From Malacoraja senta (Eukaryota), in contig JAXLNO010006072.1 of NCBI GenBank assembly GCA_038087875.1, positions 62,001 to 126,000 of the forward strand: a stretch of 64,000 nucleotides of DNA. Reading direction: 5' to 3'. The notes beneath the pieces are model-generated. The model was given only the letters and a program-made list of their open reading frames with translations, made no database searches and had not been told where the DNA came from. The translations under genes were made by a program, and so were the position numbers. This document shows, piece after piece, positions 11,001 through 24,520 of this stretch. Numbering within the stretch: the first letter of the stretch is position 1; the number at the start of each line of letters is the position of its first letter.

Positions 11001-13297
11001 TTTCGTAGATTTCAGCATCTATCATTCCTCAGAGAGGGGAAATGTGCAGTGAGTTTTCTGCAGGAGACGCATACTGTTGTCAGTGATGAACCCACCTGGC
11101 GACTGGAGTGGGAAGGGGGGAGGTCTACATGAGCCACCTCAGCTCGAATTCGAGTGGGGTGGCTTTTCTGTTGGCCCCGACCTTTCAGCCAGAGATCCTG
11201 AAGGTGCCGGATGTTGTGCCAGGTCGTTTGCTCTATCTGGCCGTGAGCCTGGATGGCATGCCGTTGCATTTTATTATCGTGTACGTCCCCAGCACCGGCA
11301 CGATGCAGGCCTGCCTACTTCAGGAGGTGACTGCTCTATTGAGCACTATTGATAGCGGAGAGTGTGTTTTCTAGGGGGGGGGATTTCAATTGTACACTTG
11401 AGGTGCGAGATCGTTCTGGTACTCAGTGTGCCCCTGCTGTAGCGAAGAAGCTGAGAGGTTTGATTGATTCCTTTGAGCTGGTTGATGCATGGCGGAACCT
11501 CCACCCTGATTCCAATGATTTTTCGTGGAAATCTGAGGGGGGTGGTTCCCGTATTGATCGCATGTACATCTCCGGTGCGCTTGTCTCCCGTGTCTCAGCG
11601 GCCACTCCGTGCTCGGACCACTGTCTGGTGCGTGTGGACTTTAATCCGGCGCGCGCACGGGCTGGGTCTGCGTACCGGCATTTTAATAACCGGCTGCTGG
11701 AGGATCGGTGTTTCTGGGAGTCATTCAGTCGGTTTTGGGTGAAGTGGAGAGAGAGGCAGAAGAGCTTCTCTTCCCTTAGTTAGTGGTGGGATGTAGAGAA
11801 AGCTTACATCCATCTCTTTTGTAAGGAATACACGTGGGGGTCGACCGGAAGGCGGGACTCAGCGGTTGAGGGGTTTGAGAGGGAGCTACTGGACGCAGAG
11901 TCTCGCCTGGGTCGGATTGGTGAAGACTCCTGTGAATGGGGAGAGTTTCAGGAAAAGAAGGCCTTGAGGAACCTGCTGCTTGAGCGGTCTCAGGGTGCTT
12001 ACGTGAGGTCGCGGGTCCAGATGTTGCACGATGTGGACCGAGCTTCACCTTTCTTTTTCTCTCTGGAGAAAGGGCGGGGAGCCCGCAAACAGCTCATAGA
12101 GCTGCTCGCAGATGATGGCTCCTCTGTCACAGATCCAGAGAGGATCAGTGCTTTATTCCGGTCCTTTTATGGGTCCCTGTTCTCCACAGATGGATTCAGC
12201 GGGGAGGCTCAGTGGGTCCTGTGGGAGGGTCAACCGACTGTAGATATGGAGGTGTCCGATCTTCTTGATGACCCCTTATCACTGGAGGAGTTGACTCGTG
12301 CCCTGCACCAGCTCAGGAGGGGCAAATCCCCTGGGCTGGATGGGTTGACAGTATAATTTGTCAGAGCCTTCTGGGATATCCTGGGGGGTGATTACTTGAT
12401 GGTTCTGGGGGAGAGCCTGGCGACCGGCGAGATGCCCCTCTCATGGCGTAGGGCAGTTGTTGTCTTGCTGCCCAAGAAGGGCGAACTCCGCATGTTGAAG
12501 AACTGGCGCCCGGTCTCTCTCCTATGTACTGAGTACAAAGTTTTTGCACGGGCGATGACAAATCGCCTGGGCTCCGTGCTGTCTCAACTGATTCATCCTG
12601 ACCAGTCCTATACAGTCCCTGGCCAGTCCATTCAGGATAACATCCTCTTCGGGACGTTGCAAGCGTTCGGAGTTGGACCACATTTTGTGGCCTGGGTCCG
12701 GCTTTTGTACGCTGCGGTGGAGTGTCTTGTGAAGGTTAATGGTGTGTTGTTGGCTCCCATTCATTTTGGGAGGGGGGTTCGTCAGAGGTGCCCCATGTCT
12801 GGTCAGTTGTGCTCGGTCTGCGTGGAGCCGTTCCTGTGTCTTCTTCGGAGGCGGTTGACAGGCCTGGCCCTACCTGGCCCGGGGGTGGTTCTTTCGGCTT
12901 ACGTCAATGATGTACTCCTTACGTTCACTGACCCTGGTGACCTGCGGAGGATCCGTGACTGCCAGAAGATTTTCTCGGCTGTGTCATCTGCCAGGACCAA
13001 CTGGAGTAAGCATTCTGGACTTTTAGTAGGTCAGTGGCAGGTAGACTCCCTGCCGGAGGAGATGACATTGTATGCGTGGAGCACCACGCACCTCCTCTAT
13101 CTGGGGGTGTACCCGAGTCCCACTGAGGATGCTTGGCCGGCAAACTAGCAGGAGCCGGAGACGAAAGTCGTCGCCCAGCTGGGGCGCTGGTCAGGCTTGC
13201 TTGGAGTTCTTTCTTTTCAGGGGAGGGTGCTGGTCATAAACCAGCTGGTGGCCTCCATGTTATGGTATCGGTTGGCTACTCTTGTCCCCCCCCTCCT
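8037..13297 (+). mobile_element. Tx1-clade (L1 group) LINE, 5'-complete, 3'-deleted, inactive
   Basis: ORF1 remnants from 8585 with CHACSEFGHLRREC knuckle. ORF2 from about 10950 has APE motifs (ATLNLNG, FLQETH, GGDFNC, SRIDR, SDH) and RT motifs (KSPGLDGL, NWRPVSLL, GVRQ.CP.SG, SAYVNDV). Multiple stops and frameshifts. Confidence 0.88.
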
Positions 13298-15078
13298 GTA
13301 CCTTCTTCCCGATGGCAGTGGTGAAATGAGTGTGAGGCCAGGATGATGATGTTGGCTGCTGTTTTAAGGCAGTGACTGATAAATCCCTATGATGGTGGGG
13401 AGGTCAGAGTCGGTGATGAACTGGGCAGTGTTCACAACATTTTGCAGTCTTTTCCGCTCCCGGACGTTCAAGTTGCTGAACCAGACAATGATGCAACCAG
13501 TCAATATGCTCTCTACTGTGCACGTGCAGAAGTTCAAGAGAATCCTCTTTGACATACCAAATCTCCGTAATCTTCTCAGGAAGTAGAGGTGCTGATGTGC
13601 TTTACTTATAATTGCATCAGTGTGCTGAATCCAGGAAAGATCTTCGGAACTATGCACGCCCAGGAATTTGAAGTTTTTGACTCTCTCCACCATCGTCCCA
13701 TTGATATAAACAGGATTGTGGGTCTACATCCTCTTCCAAAGTCCACAATCAGTTCTTTTAGTTTTACTGATATTGAGAGCCAGGTTATTGTGCTGGCACC
13801 ATTTGGTCAATTGGTCGATCTCACTTCTATACTCTGACTCATCAACATCTGTAATCCGTCCCACAATGGTGGTGTCGTCGGCGAACTTGACAATGACGTT
13901 TGCACTATGCCCGGCTACACAGTCATGAGTATAGAGTGAGTAGAGCAGGGGGCTGAGCACGCAGCCTTGAGGTGCTCCTCTACTGATTGTTAATGAGGTT
14001 GAAGTATTTCTGCCAATTCAAACAGACTGTGGTCTGTGGATGAGGAAGTCGATGATCCAATTGCAGAGCGATGCGCAGACATCCAGTTCCGTGAGCTTGG
14101 TAACCAGCTTGGAGGGGATGATGGTATTGAACGCCGAGCTGTAGTCAATAAACAACAGCCTGACATAAGTGTTTTTATTGTCCAAGTGGTCCAGTACAGA
14201 ATGGAGAGCCAGTGAGATCGCATCCTCTGTTGACCTGTTGTGATGGTAGGCAAACTGTAGTGGCTCGAGGTTCTTGTTGAGGTAGGAGTTGATTTGCGCC
14301 ATAACCAACCTCTCAAAGCACTTCATCAACAGACATTAGTGCCACTGGTCGATAATCGTTGAGGCACGTCACCTTGCTCTCCTTGGGCACCGGTATTATT
14401 GATGCCCTCTTGAAGCAGGTGGGAACCTCAGACCTCAGTAGTGAGAGGTTGAAAATGTCCGCAAAAACTCCCGCCAGTTAGTCTGCACAGGTTTTGAGAA
14501 CTCGACCGGGTATACCATCAGGTCCAGGTGCTTTCCGAGGGTTCACCCCACTGAAGGATCTTCTGACGTCGGCCTCTGTAACTGTGACTGTAATACCATC
14601 AGGGTGTATGGGGGCTCGGGAAGGCACATCAATGTTCTCCCTATAAAAGCGTGCGTAGAACGCATTGAGCTCATCAGGGAGTGATGCTTTGCTGTCGCTT
14701 GAACTGCCTCCTGATTTCGCCTTGCAGGAGGTGATGGCATTCAAACCCTGCCACAGTTACTGAACATCATCCGCCCCATCCTCCAGCTTTGAGCGGAAGT
14801 CCCTTTCGGCCATCAACCTTATCAAGGTCGTATGGACTTCTTATAGACCTCTGCGTCACCAGACCTGAATGCCAGGGATCTGGTCTTCAGAAGAATGCGG
14901 ATCTCCTGGTTCATCCAAGGCTTCTGGTTAGGAAACATTCGGAAGGTTTTTGTAGGAACATAGTCCTTCACACATTTCCTTATGAAGTCTGTAACGATCG
15001 TGGCAAATTCATTCAGGTCCGTTGCCGAGTCCTTGAACATTGCCCAGTCTACTAACTCCAAGCAGTCCTGTAGTTGTT
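13293..15078 (-). mobile_element. Rex1/Babar LINE, 5'-truncated
   Basis: [60 protein letters not shown]. Confidence 0.9.
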
Positions 15079-15080
15079 GT

Positions 15081-15140
15081 TTGTCTATCCATATGTATAA
15101 ATAGACTAATTTGTCTATCCATGTGTATAAATAGACTAAT
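15081..15140. repeat. Tandem duplication, 30 bp x2
   Basis: ttgtctatccat(a/g)tgtataaatagactaat twice with one mismatch, at the Rex 5' junction. Confidence 0.9.
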
Positions 15141-15819
15141 TTACAATAATTTGTTGATATTCTGCGAGGAGCTCATCTACATTAGAATTAGTTAGAATTA
15201 AAGGCAGATTCCGAGGTTATTTTCCTAACACGCAAGCATTCATAAAACTAATCACTATTAATAAACTGAACAAGATAATTTCACCCTGGGTGTCCAAATA
15301 TGGGTCACCATATTCTATTATTCCATTATTTTAGAGTGTTCCGTCTATTGCACAATAGTAAGTATATGCAGTCAAGTCGTCAGCGTTGGGGGTTTTTCTG
15401 ATGCATAACTAACCTACTTGCCAAATAGCGAAAGGCCCGGTTAGAGTGAATGTGGGGATGTGGAGAGGACCAAAGGCCATTGTCTCAAAATAAACAGATG
15501 TACCTTTAAAAAGTTGTTACAAGAAAAATGAGAAATGTCTTCATTCAGAGGGTGGTGAATTGGTGGAATTCATTTCCACAGATGGCTGTGGAGGCCGTTA
15601 ATGGTGGAGATTGACAGATTTTTGATTGGTAAGGGTGTCAGGGGTTGAGAGGGAAAGATAGATTAGCCATGATTGAATGGCGGCGTAGACTTGATGAATT
15701 CTGCTTGTAGACAAATTATTCTTTAAAACGTATACACCAAGAAATATTAACACACCCATTTCAACTGTTCAAAAACTAATTTTGATTTGCATCTGATGTC
15801 ACTTGTTCACATCTCTTAC

Positions 15820-15902
15820 CCTTGTTTTCATTTTGACAGTTAACTTTATTGGCAATGTCGTCCTCCTCCTTTAACTTTGGAAGCTTCAATGGCCTACCCG
15901 CT
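15820..15902 (-). CDS. L3MBTL3: L3MBTL3 exon J (83 nt): RAGRPLKLPKLKEEDDIANKVNCQNENK
   Basis: tcttctag acceptor, gtaag donor; bridges phase 2 to phase 1 as required; GRP-K motif recalls the L3MBTL1 linker. Confidence 0.8.
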
Positions 15903-16861
15903 CTAGAAGATGAGACAAAGTAAAGGGAGCACTGTTTAAAACCGAGCAAAGCCATAAATAGTTATGAAATGAAAATTGAAATTTGTCATTATGTTACAAT
16001 AATTTAAAAAAGTGAAATATTTTCAATTGTTGGAATGGGTGTACATACTTATTAAAGCCACCTGTCATCAAATTATTTAAAAAATATCTTTAATTCACAA
16101 TATTGGAAAGCATTTATAGTTTTGCTTGGTAATCATCTCCAGATATCACCCACCAATGCTTACAAATTGTTTTACATAAGGTAATCCATCCAATTTTTGG
16201 TAGTAGAACAGCTCGTGCTGCTGCTACCACATAACACATATAGTGACAGATGCCAGCCTTTTCGAAGGGAGGGGTGCTCCCTCAGTGTTAAAGACAAAAG
16301 CACAAAGGGGGAAATTACATTGGTAAAGATTACCGACAATGTTTACTGACATAAGTGTGTGAATATATTTTTGTTATATTAAGCATATTTGTTGTAAAAA
16401 GTTACAATTTATATTTCTGCTTGATACAGATTACTATACTTCATACCTAGTTCTACAACCATCCTTAAATGCATTATAATATTTTTTTTCAACAGAAATA
16501 TTTTGACAAATAGCATTAACAATTAACAAAAACCTAAAACTGTTACAAAGTGTTTCTAATTTTGTAGCACAAATTTCAAATAGAAAATTAATATACTGTA
16601 TAAATGCCTTCCATTTTCCTACAGTGCTACTAATTTTGAATTAAATCATTTTTAATAATTAAAAAAACAGATTAGTTATACAAATATGGATGAATTTGGA
16701 TTCAATCATGCACAATGTGAGTTTATAGCATCAAACTACTTGTCAATATTTATATAAGGAATTAAATAATAAACTTCACTCTGGAAACAATTTAATGTGC
16801 AACCATCTGAAATAAATACTATCTTTATATTTGGAGCATCCATTCATGTATTTTCTGAGAT

Positions 16862-17276
16862 AGTCAAAAATGCTGGAGAAACTCAGCGGGTGCGGCAGCA
16901 TCTATGGAGCGAAGGAAATAGGCAACGTTTTGGGCTGAAACCCTTCTTCAGACTGATGCAGGGTGGGGGGGCGGGAAGAAGAAAGGAAGAGGAGGAGCCA
17001 GGGGGCTGAGGGAGAGCTGAGAAGGGGAGGAGACAGCAAGGGCTACCGGAAATTGGGGGTCAATGTTCAGGCCACTGGGGTGCAGACTGCCCAAGCGGAA
17101 TATGAGGTGCTGCTCCTCCAGCTTCCGGTGGTCCTCACTCTGGCCATGGAGGAGGCCCAGGACAGAAAGGTCGGATTCGGAATGGGAGGGGGAGATGAAG
17201 TGCTGAGCCACAGGGAGATCAGGTTTTTTATTGCGAACCGAGCGGAGGTGTTCGGCGAAGCGATCGCCAAGCCTAG
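16862..17276 (-). mobile_element. Penelope-like element 3' part: GIY-YIG endonuclease C-terminus plus hammerhead-bearing tail
   Basis: AQHFISPSHSESDLSVLGLL..RKLEEQHLIFRLGSLHPSGLNID is the typical PLE endonuclease C-terminus; CTGAAGA-AGGG..CCC-aAAACGTT at 16923-16951. Confidence 0.85.
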
Positions 17277-17399
17277 CATCTAGCAGAACAATGTGTAGCT
17301 GATTTGTTGTGGTCAGTTTATCAACAATTAATGCAACCCAATCATTTAAGCATCACAAATCAGGTAAGAAGAGACACATTTTATTAATTTGTATTATTG

Positions 17400-17510
17400 A
17401 TTATTGTACATTTTAATGTGTCACTGCCTCAATGGGCTTGTAAAGCTGCTGGAAGTAAGCATTTCATTGTTCTATTGCCTGCACATATGACAATTAAACA
17501 CCCTTGACTA
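17400..17510 (+). mobile_element. Rex1/Babar 3' tail fragment
   Basis: gtaagcatttcattgtt…catatgacaattaaacacccttgact. Confidence 0.6.
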
Positions 17511-17659
17511 AGCAGATGATAGAAATACATTTTTAATCAATTTTTTTCCTTGGCAACTTGCTGGCTGGAAGAAGGAGGACATTGAAGGAGAACAGTTCAC
17601 TTTTACAGAGCAAAATAATTTGTTCTTGCCTATCCCATGCTAACAACTAGATTCCATTA

Positions 17660-18087
17660 AGGGCCTGTCCCACTTAGGAGACCTAAACAGCAACCTCTGG
17701 TGACCTTGCCCGCCACCCAAACAAAAATCAAGGTCGAGGTGACCTGCAACCTCCTACCACCTTCCATGGATATGTTGAAAACCTTCCTCGACTATGAAGA
17801 AAACCTTCTTCGACCTCCCTTGACTACCTTCGACTAGCGTTGCAACTGGCTTCGACTAGAACTGCGACTAAAAAATTATCGATTTTTAAAACGGCAACCT
17901 ATTTTTAGTCGAGGCCGGTTTTAATCATGATGAAAAAATAGCAGCAACCTAGATGAAGCCTCGACCACGCGGAAACCACTGTCGACCATTAGAGAGAGTG
18001 ACTAAAACCTCCTGTGACCTCATGGAAACCTTGGGTGGCGGGCAGGGTCACCAGAGGTTGCTGTTTAGGTCTCCTAAGTGGGACAGG
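17660..18087. mobile_element. Non-autonomous PIF/Harbinger MITE (family 1)
   Basis: Terminal inverted repeats (TIRs) of about 58 bp starting (AGGG)CCTGTCCCACTTAGG; TTA on the left; right terminus damaged. Confidence 0.8.
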
Positions 18088-18532
18088 AGACCTATCCTGT
18101 TTAGCTATCCTCCAATGAGTTACATGCTTGCACTAGGCATGGGGTTGAAGAGAAAGGTTGGGTGAACTTTTCAGCATTGTTATGAAAGATTGATTTCTAA
18201 AGATGTAACATAAATTAATGATACGTGTTCAAACAATCCAAACACATATGTCTCCCAATTTTTCCCTCTAAGTTCTCTCAATAACAACCACTTCCATTAT
18301 CTTTCCAAAATGAAATCCCAATCCACATGAATAATTGCTTCTTTGCTTAGAGCATTCTCTCAAGAATTACTGAGGACCTCTCCCCAGGATACACTTTCTG
18401 CGATTCACAACCACAAATTACAATTTGAATGCTTATTATTGAAAGAATCATATGGCACAGAAAGTAACTGATGAACAATCTTGCCCAGCTATTTGAAAAG
18501 GCTATGAATTTAGTTCATAATTTCTTCTCTAC

Positions 18533-19470
18533 GGTGGAAAGAACATTTATTAAATGTGCATAAATGTTCGATTAATGTAAGACACACTTTAATACAATTT
18601 AAAATTTTACATAGATTATATTATTCTAAAACTAAAATCAATAAAATGTTCCCAAATGTATCATCAATTTGTGATAAATGTCAATCTCAAGAAGCTATTA
18701 TAGCGCACTCATTTGTTTTCTGTACAAAAATTCAAAAATCTTGGATTGACATTTTTGAAATCTTTACAAAATTATTTAAAATAAAACTGATACCCAAAGC
18801 AGAATGGATTATCTTCGGAACAACGGAAGATAGTCCAGAACTAAATGTGTTCCAAAAGAAATTAATAGACTATGGGTTAATAACTGGAAAAAAGTTAATC
18901 CTAAAATTCTGGAAAAAACGCTCCAATACCAACTATAAACATGTGGATTTCAAATATGTTCGAAACATTACACCTAGAAGAGATAAGACTCCTCCTGGCA
19001 GGTAAACCAGATCACTTCCACCTGACGAGGTCTGCATTTATAGAATTATTACAAGTATAGGGTGCAAAAGTACTAAAAAAAAATGAGGTCAGGTAAGGGG
19101 GGATGAAAGCTGGAGAGTTGGTATGTCCCATTTGCGTGATGCTTACAAAAAAAGTATTTGTTTTTCTCTTTTCCCTCTTTCTCTTTTTTCTTCTTTTTTA
19201 GGGTCTATTTCTTAACTCTTTCTTTTTGTTTTTAATTTCTTTCTTATGGTGTCTTTGTTTTTTTGTTTTGTTTTTGTTGTCACGTTTTTTACACTTTCAC
19301 TTTTTTCCTTCACTTTCTTCTTTCTCTCAATCTCATCCTTTCCTTTTATTAGTGTAAAAAATAAACGGAGTACATTAATTGTAATAAGATATATGTGACG
19401 AGTACTAATGTAATTGGTTGTAATGTAATGTACTTCTAATAAATAAAAATAAAAAATAAAAAATAATAAA
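18533..19470 (+). mobile_element. L1 LINE 3' fragment
   Basis: IQFKILHRLYYS..CDKC..HSFVFC C-terminal domain, T-rich 3' UTR, A-rich tail; 14-bp TSD aatttcttctctac at 18519-18532 and 19471-19484. Confidence 0.9.
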
Positions 19471-19613
19471 AATTTCTTCTCTACTACCCTCCAAATTAAT
19501 TTTAATTCCCATTCTAATATCCAATTCCCTTTTGAAATGTATTCCATGTGCAGGTGTTAAGCATGCTGCTAAGACCCGGTTCCCTTAGCATTAGCCCCAA
19601 CTGCAACTATACT

Positions 19614-19879
19614 GTGGTGCAGCGGTAGAGTTGCTGCCTTACAGGGTTAGGGACCGAGTTCAATCCTGACTACGGCTTATACGTTCTCCCTGTGATCAGG
19701 TGGGTTTTCTTCAGTTTCCTCCCACATTCCCAATACATTCAGGTGTGTAGGTTAACTGGCTTTGGTAAAAATTGTGTAGGACAGTGTTAGTGTATGGGGA
19801 TCGCTGATCGGCACAGACTCATTGGGCCGAAGAGCCCGTTTCCACACTGTATCTCTAAAGTCTAAACTAAAAGTCTAAA
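19614..19879 (+). mobile_element. tRNA-derived V-SINE (HE1-like)
   Basis: A box gtggtgcagcggtag, B box gttcaatcc, V-domain tttcctcccaca, CR1-like 3' end with (ctaaa)n tail. Confidence 0.85.
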
Positions 19880-20488
19880 TGACCTTCACAGGGGAGTAGT
19901 TAGCTATGCATGGCATGACGTTTGATATCACTGTTGTACACCAATTTCTTCATGCACACATTTAAAAGTTGCATGCATTCTGAAAGAACTCAACTGCATT
20001 TAGTTATCAATTTAAAGCCATCACTGCTTCAATTCCATGATGCAAAAACAAAATACAACTCATAAGTTTCATAGGCCACAATTTCTAGGCCATGCATTTC
20101 ATACACTGGAGTGAGTGGCACAGAAAATATCACTGCATTTCGATGCTCATCTTAAACAGGTATTACTACAATATACCTGAATAAAATAGCTATGTAACCC
20201 TATCCCTAAAGATTTCTGAAAAGGAGTACAATAAACCTTATTTTTTATACTAACTTATGATCCGACTGCATGCGACAAATTTTTTCACAAGTTGTCATAA
20301 TTTACTATAGAGTTTGCACATTTTATGGCATACCTAAATATCAGTTAAGACTAATCTCTGTGAAAATTATAGATGTCTGCAGAACATAATCCAATTTTCA
20401 TTTCTGCAAAGATAATTTTTGAAGCACTACAAGTGCTGAACTTTTGGTAGATTCTCGGTTGAGCAGTAAATCTATTAATTAAGCAATA

Positions 20489-20680
20489 GAACATAGAACA
20501 GTGCAGCACAAGAACAGGCCCTTCTGCCCAGAATGTCCATGCTGAACATGATGCCAAGACCATCTATTATCCACCTGCACATAATCCATATCGCTCTATT
20601 TCCATGCATATCCATATGCCTATCCAAAAGTCTCTTAAATGCCATTATCATATCTGCCTCAATCACTAATCCTGGTAGAC
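20489..20680 (-). mobile_element. CR1 3' end
   Basis: gaacatagaacagtgcagcacaagaacaggccct tail; FKRLLDRHMD. Confidence 0.75.
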
Positions 20681-21019
20681 AAATGAAGGGTATTTCACCA
20701 TAACCCCGATCTGTACTAGACGGTGAAAGGTCTTTGGGATGTCAGGAAAGCAAGCCACTCACTGCAGCATATCTGGCCCATGACCTGCTGTTACGGCCTC
20801 AGTATATGTGGCTGATCCCCAATATATTGATGGTGGGGAACTCAATGGTAAAACAATTGAATGCAATCCCTGATTAGAGATGATCATTGCCTGGCATTTC
20901 TGTGGCTTGAAAGATACTTGCCACTGATCAGCTTATGCCCATATATGGTGGTTTCAGGCATTGGATGCTTCATTTGTTGGAGAGTTGTGACTATATTTGA
21001 ACACGCCCACTTCTCACGA

Positions 21020-21232
21020 TATAATATGTTCCTTAGAAGGCAGTGGAGGCCAATTTACTGGATGTTTTCAAGAGAGAGTTAGATATAGCTCTTGGGGTTA
21101 ATGGAATCAAGGGATATGGGGAGAAAGCAGGAGTGGGGTACTGATTTTGGATCATCAGCCATGATCATATGGAATGGCGCTGCTGGCTCGTAGGGTCGAA
21201 TGGCCTGCTCCTGTACCTATTTTCTATGTTGC
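21020..21232 (+). mobile_element. CR1 3' end
   Basis: aaggcagtggaggcc…gatatggggagaaagcagg…ttttctatgtt. Confidence 0.8.
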
Positions 21233-21311
21233 TATAAGGAATATCATTGAAGAAACTGATGAACAGAGGTGGACTTCAAACAATGCACCAAAGAACTTCG
21301 GCAAAAATGTT

Positions 21312-21410
21312 TAAGAAGGATGCTGGAAAATCAAAGGTAGACAAAAATGCTGGAGAAACTCATCGGGTGAGTATCTCACCCGCTGAGTTTCTCCAGCATT
21401 TTGGTCTACT
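21312..21410. mobile_element. Fold-back of PLE tails (35-bp arms, 3-nt loop)
   Basis: 21337-21371 pairs with 21375-21409; 15-bp TSD ttc(g/a)gcaaaaatgtt at 21297-21311 and 21411-21425. Confidence 0.85.
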
Positions 21411-22118
21411 TTCAGCAAAAATGTTCTATGGTTGACATGATTGACTTTCAGTAACCAGACCATCTTCATTTGTGCAAGGTACGACTCCAAATCTTGGAAT
21501 GTTGACCCTTTGACGTGCATTGACGTTTTATGCCTTGACATCACAAGCAGTGAGATGCTACCTTGAAGTAGAATGCAATTATTTTCACCTTTAATTCAGT
21601 TCTTTGATCTATGTTTGGACCAAAGTTCTGATGAGGTCTGAAGAATATATCCCTACCAAAACCCAAACTCAGCATTAGTGACAGAGGACAACTTGATAAC
21701 ATGGTCAGTGACATATTCCCATTATGGTTGTGTATGGACTGACCAGAGCAATTATTAGATTGGATCAGTCCTGCTTTTTTTTTGTTGGTATATCTGAGTA
21801 ATTTTCTGAATTGTTGAATAAATGACCGTGTTGCAATGTTGTTCAGTTGCCTAAAATTCTATTTCTAATTAGTACTGTGCGTTTGCAAACTGGTTTCATT
21901 TCCCTCATTAAAGAGGAATGTTTTTTTTGCTGCTGCTATATGGCTATGAGCAGGGACGAATAGACAAATAGGTGCATACATGAAGGATAGAGTGGAGAAA
22001 ACAAAACAATTCACAAATTGCACTGATTTCAATGCTAAGCAATCACATTGCAATTAACAAAAATATTATGTAATTGATAGAAAACATGCTACAGTTTACA
22101 TTCATGCGGAATTCTGAC

Positions 22119-22253
22119 CTGGGACATTTTCTTCCTTTGCTAGCAAACATGAGAGGTTTTTTGCATGGCGATTCTTCATCAGAGACAGAATCCTCAGCAC
22201 TTCGTTTTCCTTGAACAGCTACTTCTGAGAGCCAACTGTCCTTTGAGCAATTT
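22119..22253 (-). CDS. L3MBTL3: L3MBTL3 exon I (135 nt, symmetric phase 2-2): NCSKDSWLSEVAVQGKRSAEDSVSDEESPCKKPLMFASKGRKCP
   Basis: cag acceptor, gtcag donor; open and phase-compatible. Low-conservation linker, so less certain. Confidence 0.7.
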
Positions 22254-22959
22254 CTGTAGACCAAACATTATTCTATTTAAATTTAAATTAATTAAATTAT
22301 TTAAAAAAGTTAATTCTGTGCTCAACACATGGAAATTCGTGTTGCAGATTGAATGCTTTTTCATTCACCAAGGCATCAAATGGTGTCAAGTGCCCACGGT
22401 TAGTCAAATAACACATTTTTCCCTCTGATTCGGCAATTCATTTCAGTCAACACTGAAAGAGAAACATACCAATTAAGCTTTTGCTCCATTGTTCATATCA
22501 AGTTTCGAGGAGTGATTGCCAATGTGTGTCAGATTTCTTTACACTGTGGAAGCGAGTTAACTGGCAACTTCATTAAGGTTACTTGAAGCCCCCATTTTAC
22601 ATTTATCTTACTGCCAGCAGATGAGACTCTTATTCTAATAGCATGTGGTAAATTGTCTACAAGCACCAGAAGCAAGACATTTGTTTCAACCAATAAGTTA
22701 TTTCATAAAACAATTAATCAATTTAAATCAAGCTACAATATTGTTCTACTAAATCAAAATAAATACCTTGTTTTATTATTCCATACAGTATACTAATTAA
22801 ACTTCTAAAAATGTCCTCGATTATAGACAAGAGTCCAATTAGCACTTGTAACAGCATTCTTAACCTGCCTCCACCATCAAAGGTGCCGCCCCAAGTTATG
22901 CTGTTTGTGCCTGTTGAGTCATGCTTTAAAATTGCATATTTATTTTACATTATCTCACT

Positions 22960-23610
22960 TCCCTTCTAAGAACCCACACCAGTTTACACTTTCCTACATT
23001 CAATTTAATCTGCAACACATCTATCAATTTTACTAGTCTGTCCGTCTCTTCCCAAGGCCTTCAGCGTCATGTTTTAATTTTTTTTTTTTAACGTGGAAAT
23101 TCTATTTTGCATAGCTAAATCAATGATATTGTTTCAAAGTGAGCAGTCGGCTTACCTCCGACTTCTGGGAAGTACGACTCTGCATTGCAAGCAACACTAC
23201 ATTCAGGAAACAATGTAGTTGTACTTCTACATCCTCCTGCTCTCCAACATCCTCCAGGGCCCTACTATTCATTGGAAAGGTCCTGCTCATATTTGACCAC
23301 AAAATGCAATACCTCATACTTATTAAACTCCATTTTCCATTCCTCAGCCCATTGGCCCAGCTCATCAGGATGCTGTGACTCTTGATATCCAACTTCACTG
23401 TCTATAATAGTGCCAATGTTAATGTTATCTACAAATTTACTAAACACATCTTGGACTAACAGCGATGGCCCTAGCATCAAATCCTGAGTCATATCACTAG
23501 ACACAGGCCTCCAGTACAAAAAACAACCTTCCACCACCACACTCTGCTTTCTGCCATGAAACCAATTCTTTATCCAGTTAACTCACTCCACCGAATCACA
23601 TTAAAAAAAA
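22960..23610 (-). mobile_element. Old CR1 RT fragment
   Basis: Degenerate WRPVSS, SKFVD, WAEEWKMEFN. Confidence 0.65.
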
Positions 23611-24520
23611 CTCTAATTCACAAGACATATACTTCTCAATAGTGTTTGGGATGACAAGCCCTGATATTTACTGGCATTGGGTTAGGATGAAGGGGTAGAA
23701 CAATAGTTTTGACACAATTGTTTTTTTTTTCCAGTTTCCTTTGATAAAAGTCAGCCTGGGCAAGAAGCTCATCAAGGAATCAAAAATCAACCTGTATTGC
23801 AGACAATACTCCGATGGAGGTACAACTCCTGGGAATGTCTGGGCCATGACTACACAAATTGGGAAATGGCATTGGGAGCACATGGAAGAATGCACTACCA
23901 CACAAATGAAGCCCCCCCCCCCCCAGACTCCCCATTCAAGTACCTCCTGTCTCAGTGGAAGTCAGTGGTTCCAACACTGCCTTCATTAGCCATCTCAGAA
24001 CGCACACAAAACCAGAGTTAAAGCAAGTCATCCTTGATCTCGATGGCCCGAAACGTATGTAGCCAGGTCCCTCTTTGTCTGCACACCTTTACAATTGTAC
24101 TAGCTAGAGGATGTATCTACCGAGTGACTATTCTGTCAATTCATTTTAAAACCTCATGTTTCAAGGTGTATAGGCCCATCCTATTCAATGCCTTTTTAAA
24201 TGGGACAATACTCTTGCCCTGGGCACCATTCCAGTACTTTACACAATTTCGATAGCAAAGCAAATAGATTTTGGGTATGGAGACTAAAATTGTACTTAAA
24301 ATTCACAGTACACCAAAATAGAAGTGTGACTCGATCTGGTCATGTCATTTTTAGAGAAAGAACCCCTGCGATTCTATGGAAGAACAACAATTTTAAATCA
24401 GGATTTTAGATCAAGTCATGAAGACCATAATAAAGCAAGATTTAGGGTCATAATTTAGAGAAATAAAACACATATCTAATAACAATCAGCTGCAAAACAA
24501 CATGAAAAAGAATCTCAGAC

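Larger units (their letters stand above)
6780..15700 (+). mobile_element. Ancient CR1, fragmented (pieces about 6780-6950, 7932-7998, 15079-15165, 15420-15700) by younger insertions
   Basis: Collinear degenerate RT motifs DFQKAF..RL..AHG | VTxGV..GS | LFV.YI.. | 3' end, interrupted by nested elements. Confidence 0.55.

Noticed and set aside
19614-19680. tRNA genes at SINE heads (also near 59075 and 63300)
   Set aside because: Only A/B boxes, continuing into V-SINE bodies; no cloverleaf.
24490-24520. Acceptor-like ttctttttcatgttgttttgcag just after the exon H donor
   Set aside because: It would imply an intron of about 31 nt, too short for normal splicing.
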